Source: a virus (taxonomy: Duplodnaviria; Caudoviricetes). Taken from it: 64,000 nucleotides of DNA. The stretch spans positions 64,001 to 128,000 of IMG/VR virus record IMGVR_UViG_3300031853_000001; one strand, written 5' to 3'. Below the pieces are notes generated by a model. It made no database searches, had not been told where the DNA came from, and worked only from the letters and a program-made list of their open reading frames with translations. The position numbers were made by a program, and so were the translations under genes. Below are positions 61,663 to 64,000 of this stretch, piece by piece (within the stretch, counting starts at the first letter, position 1; each line of letters opens with the position of its first letter).

Positions 61663-62215
61663 CGGGTTGTAGCGCAGTTTGGTAGCGCGCCTCGCTTGGG
61701 AAAAGCGATTTGTGCTTAATTATTATGTTAGACATTACTCAACAAAAAGGAACGATTACAGAATTACGATGTATTTTAGATTTAACTAATTTGGGAATAC
61801 GATGTTTAGTTCCTGTAGATGAAAGTTCTAAATATGATGTAGTAGCAGATTTAAATGGTACTTTTATTAGAATTCAATGTAAAACAGCTTGTTGGGCTAA
61901 AGATACCGTTCAAGAAAAAGTAGCCTTTGAAATAGATACTTGTCGAAGTACAACAAATACTAAAACTACTACTCATTATAAGTATTCTGCTAATGAAATT
62001 GATTATTTTTATACATGGTTTGAAGGACAAGGTTACTTAGTCTCCATTAAAGAAGCAAAAGGTTTAACTTTTAGATGGCGATATGAATATCCTTCTACCA
62101 ATCAAAAACAAGGTATTCATATCGCAGAATTATATAAGACTGAGGAGGTTTTAAAAGCACTCTAAAATTTTCCTGGACGAGGAGGCCGCAGGTTCAAATC
62201 CTGCCTGCCCGACCA
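61663..62215 (+). tRNA. tRNA-Pro(TGG) split by an ORF-bearing insert (about 61699-62174)
   Basis: 5' half cgggttg..cctcg-cttg; 3' half gga-cgagg..ctgcccg-ACCA; rejoined loop cttggga. Confidence 0.88.
61725..62165 (+). CDS. PD-(D/E)XK endonuclease inside the tRNA-Pro insert (I-Ssp6803I-like family)
   Basis: KGTITE, P....YDVV.D..G.FIRIQCKT, Y...EIDYF. Confidence 0.85.
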   Translation: MLDITQQKGTITELRCILDLTNLGIRCLVPVDESSKYDVVADLNGTFIRIQCKTACWAKDTVQEKVAFEIDTCRSTTNTKTTTHYKYSANEIDYFYTWFEGQGYLVSIKEAKGLTFRWRYEYPSTNQKQGIHIAELYKTEEVLKAL

Positions 62216-62326
62216 TAATCAACTGGGTTTGAAGGTTATCCCATTTGAAAAACCTTCCCCTTTCTTTCTTGACTTTTTCTAAAAATTTTGATATAATAAA
62301 TATATCAAAGGAAAGGAAATAAAAAG

Positions 62327-62554
62327 ATGGATAAGAAAGAACTTTCTACTAATGCGGCAAAAGCAGAATTTGTAAAGTCTATTCATAATTGGCTTATGCG
62401 AACTTTAGAGCAAAACAATAAATCTGAATATAAAGATTGTTTTACTGTTGAAGGTTCTAGTATTATGTGCCAACTGCCGCAAGACTACTTTAATTCATGT
62501 AGTATTCCAGCGAACACTAAGATTGAAATGAAGTTTATTTCTAAGAAATCATAA
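62327..62554 (+). CDS. hypothetical protein
   Basis: promoter 62269-62297, SD gaaagga. Confidence 0.6.
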   Translation: MDKKELSTNAAKAEFVKSIHNWLMRTLEQNNKSEYKDCFTVEGSSIMCQLPQDYFNSCSIPANTKIEMKFISKKS

Positions 62555-62558
62555 CTAA

Positions 62559-62651
62559 TAAGCCTTTACTGCAATTACTTAAATGGTTAAATTATTTTGC
62601 TTGAATACAAAATGAGAGAAGGTTCGAGCCCTTCACAATTAAAAGGCTTAG
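62559..62651 (+). ncRNA. ACAGCAA-scaffold RNA #6 (ACTGCAA) with acceptor-less tRNA body
   Basis: taagccttt-ACTGCAA...aaaggctta-g; D-loop aaatggttaa, attttg-cttgaata-caaaat, gaagg-ttcgagc-ccttc. Confidence 0.75.
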
Positions 62652-62666
62652 CAAAGTTAGAAACTA

Positions 62667-62733
62667 AAGGCACAAGCAGCAACAAGACGTTTTAATAATT
62701 TGATAGTGGATTAAATTTATTGAGTGTGCCTTG
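62667..62733 (+). ncRNA. ACAGCAA-scaffold RNA #7 (GCAGCAA)
   Basis: aaggcaca-aGCAGCAA...tgtgcctt-g; inner hairpin loop tagtgga. Confidence 0.65.
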
Positions 62734-62741
62734 ATTATTAA

Positions 62742-62818
62742 GTCGGTTTAGCTTAGCTGGTTAAAGCACTCGCCTTGTAAGCGAGAGACCTTCGGTCCGA
62801 ATCCGAAAACCGGCTCCA
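62742..62818 (+). tRNA. tRNA-Thr(TGT)
   Basis: ctcgc-cttgtaa-gcgag, CCA. Confidence 0.9.
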
Positions 62819-62839
62819 TCTAAAAGAAGGAGTATTAAA

Positions 62840-63286
62840 ATGGGACTTTTTAATCGGTCTAAAAAAGAGCCTACAAAACAATATATTCCACCTGAGCAGC
62901 CTAAAAAATGCGAGCATAAATTTCAAGATTTTCCTTGGTATATAGAAGGAGAAGAAAATGAAGGTAATGTATATGGTTGTAACTCTTGGTATCATCTAGT
63001 AATTAAAGAACCTTATGTTTGTATTTATTGTGGCGAAAGATATGATAAAATATTGTGGGAAATAAGACGATATGGCTCTCATAAAGAAGCAATGCAGGCT
63101 CTAGATGATGTTAATGAAAAATTTAAAGACCGAATAAGACATCGCGCAGAAATTGAAGATATGATAAATGATATGCAATTAGTCGATCCTCAATATTTAC
63201 AATATTATCATATGCTTCAGGGAACAAAAGACCCATCTACTTCTCGATTATATGAGCAAGAAATTAAACCAAAATTAAAAACTTAA
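62840..63286 (+). CDS. hypothetical protein (CxH...CxxC)
   Basis: SD aggag, CEHKF...YVCIYCG. Confidence 0.6.
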   Translation: MGLFNRSKKEPTKQYIPPEQPKKCEHKFQDFPWYIEGEENEGNVYGCNSWYHLVIKEPYVCIYCGERYDKILWEIRRYGSHKEAMQALDDVNEKFKDRIRHRAEIEDMINDMQLVDPQYLQYYHMLQGTKDPSTSRLYEQEIKPKLKT

Positions 63287-63289
63287 TTT

Positions 63290-63409
63290 TATGCGGTCAC
63301 AGCAATTTTAGATTTAATCTAAGTGTCATCGGTTCGATTCCGATTATTCCAGCCATTTAATTTGGAGTGTAGCTCAATTGGTAGAGCATTAGAATTATAA
63401 ACCGCATAG
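63290..63409 (+). ncRNA. ACAGCAA-scaffold RNA #8 with circularly permuted tRNA (Lys/Asn-like)
   Basis: tatgcggt-cACAGCAA...accgcata-g enclosing tctaa, T arm, tattcca-GCCA, linker, tggagtg, D arm, ttaga. Confidence 0.85.
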
Positions 63410-63420
63410 TACGATATTTA

Positions 63421-63487
63421 AGACGCTTACAGCAATTTAATACAGTCGCACACATAAATAATTACATGACTAAGTAATAGAGCGTCG
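63421..63487 (+). ncRNA. ACAGCAA-scaffold RNA #9
   Basis: gacgct-tACAGCAA...agcgtc. Confidence 0.65.
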
Positions 63488-63509
63488 CGTTTTTATTTGA
63501 GGAATTAAA

Positions 63510-63944
63510 ATGAAGTTATATACATCTTATTTCGCGCAATTAAGGAATTTTCCACCAAATCTTGTTGGGCTTTCAACTGCAATTTGGAATCCCAAATGGT
63601 TGAATCCTGGCCGCGATAAAAATGGAGCAATTTGGTTAGATATTCCGCCACTTAAACCTGGGAAGGAGTGCGATGGATTATGTAATGGGAAGTGTGCTCC
63701 AAAACATCCTAATGATTGTGATTTTCTTAAAGTATATCGTAAGCAACTTGATAGGATAGATTTTAAGATGTTTATTGAACATTTAGAAACTCTTGCTAAA
63801 ACTATTCAACTTGGCGAAAATTTAGACGAAGTTAATTTTGCCTTTCTTGTTTATGAAAAGTATGATAATCCTTGTAGTGAACGCGCAATAATTCAACAAT
63901 GGTTTAAGGATAATGGAATGGAGATTGAAGAATGGAAGAAATAA
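63510..63944 (+). CDS. DUF488-like protein
   Basis: KLYTSYFA, PKW, L.P, Y.KQL, L.YEK....CSER..I..W. Confidence 0.55.
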   Translation: MKLYTSYFAQLRNFPPNLVGLSTAIWNPKWLNPGRDKNGAIWLDIPPLKPGKECDGLCNGKCAPKHPNDCDFLKVYRKQLDRIDFKMFIEHLETLAKTIQLGENLDEVNFAFLVYEKYDNPCSERAIIQQWFKDNGMEIEEWKK

Positions 63945-64000
63945 ATAATTATGATTGGCTTCATTATATTCCACAGGGTTGGAAAGAAATTGGCCGACAA

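Noticed and set aside
1-64000. CRISPR array or stop-codon recoding
   Set aside because: No regularly spaced identical repeats; genes are intact in the standard code with TAA, TAG and TGA stops, and no suppressor tRNA is seen

Overview
A 64-kb segment of an AT-rich large dsDNA phage, probably infecting a Firmicute (sigmaA-type TTGACT-17-TATAAT promoters, strong SD sites, sortase-type signal). Essentially all genes lie on the + strand in the standard code. Left arm (1-22.5 kb): small accessory genes plus tRNA/RNA-handling enzymes (Rnl1 ligase, Pnk-HD, Thg1, deaminase, nucleotidyltransferase), a Prs-like enzyme, an ECF S-component and an iteron-like region. Middle (22.5-40.3 kb): tail-fibre/structural genes and an endolysin split by a group I intron. 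Right arm (40.7-64 kb): about 22 tRNA genes, homing endonucleases, large structured ncRNAs (one ROOL-sized), a DUF2828/TROVE-like protein, a cyclic-phosphate receiver protein and an Rnl2 ligase. The most unusual signals are RNA-level. (1) Nine copies of a stem + ACAGCAA scaffold carry tRNA-derived cargo, including three circularly permuted tRNAs; these are candidate Y-RNA analogues for the DUF2828/TROVE-like protein. (2) Three tRNA genes are interrupted inside the anticodon: two by CCA-ending mini-tRNAs and one by a ribozyme-less endonuclease insert. (3) A covarying RBS-sequestering pseudoknot precedes four homing endonuclease genes. All structures were read by eye; no database search was run, so novelty is unverified.
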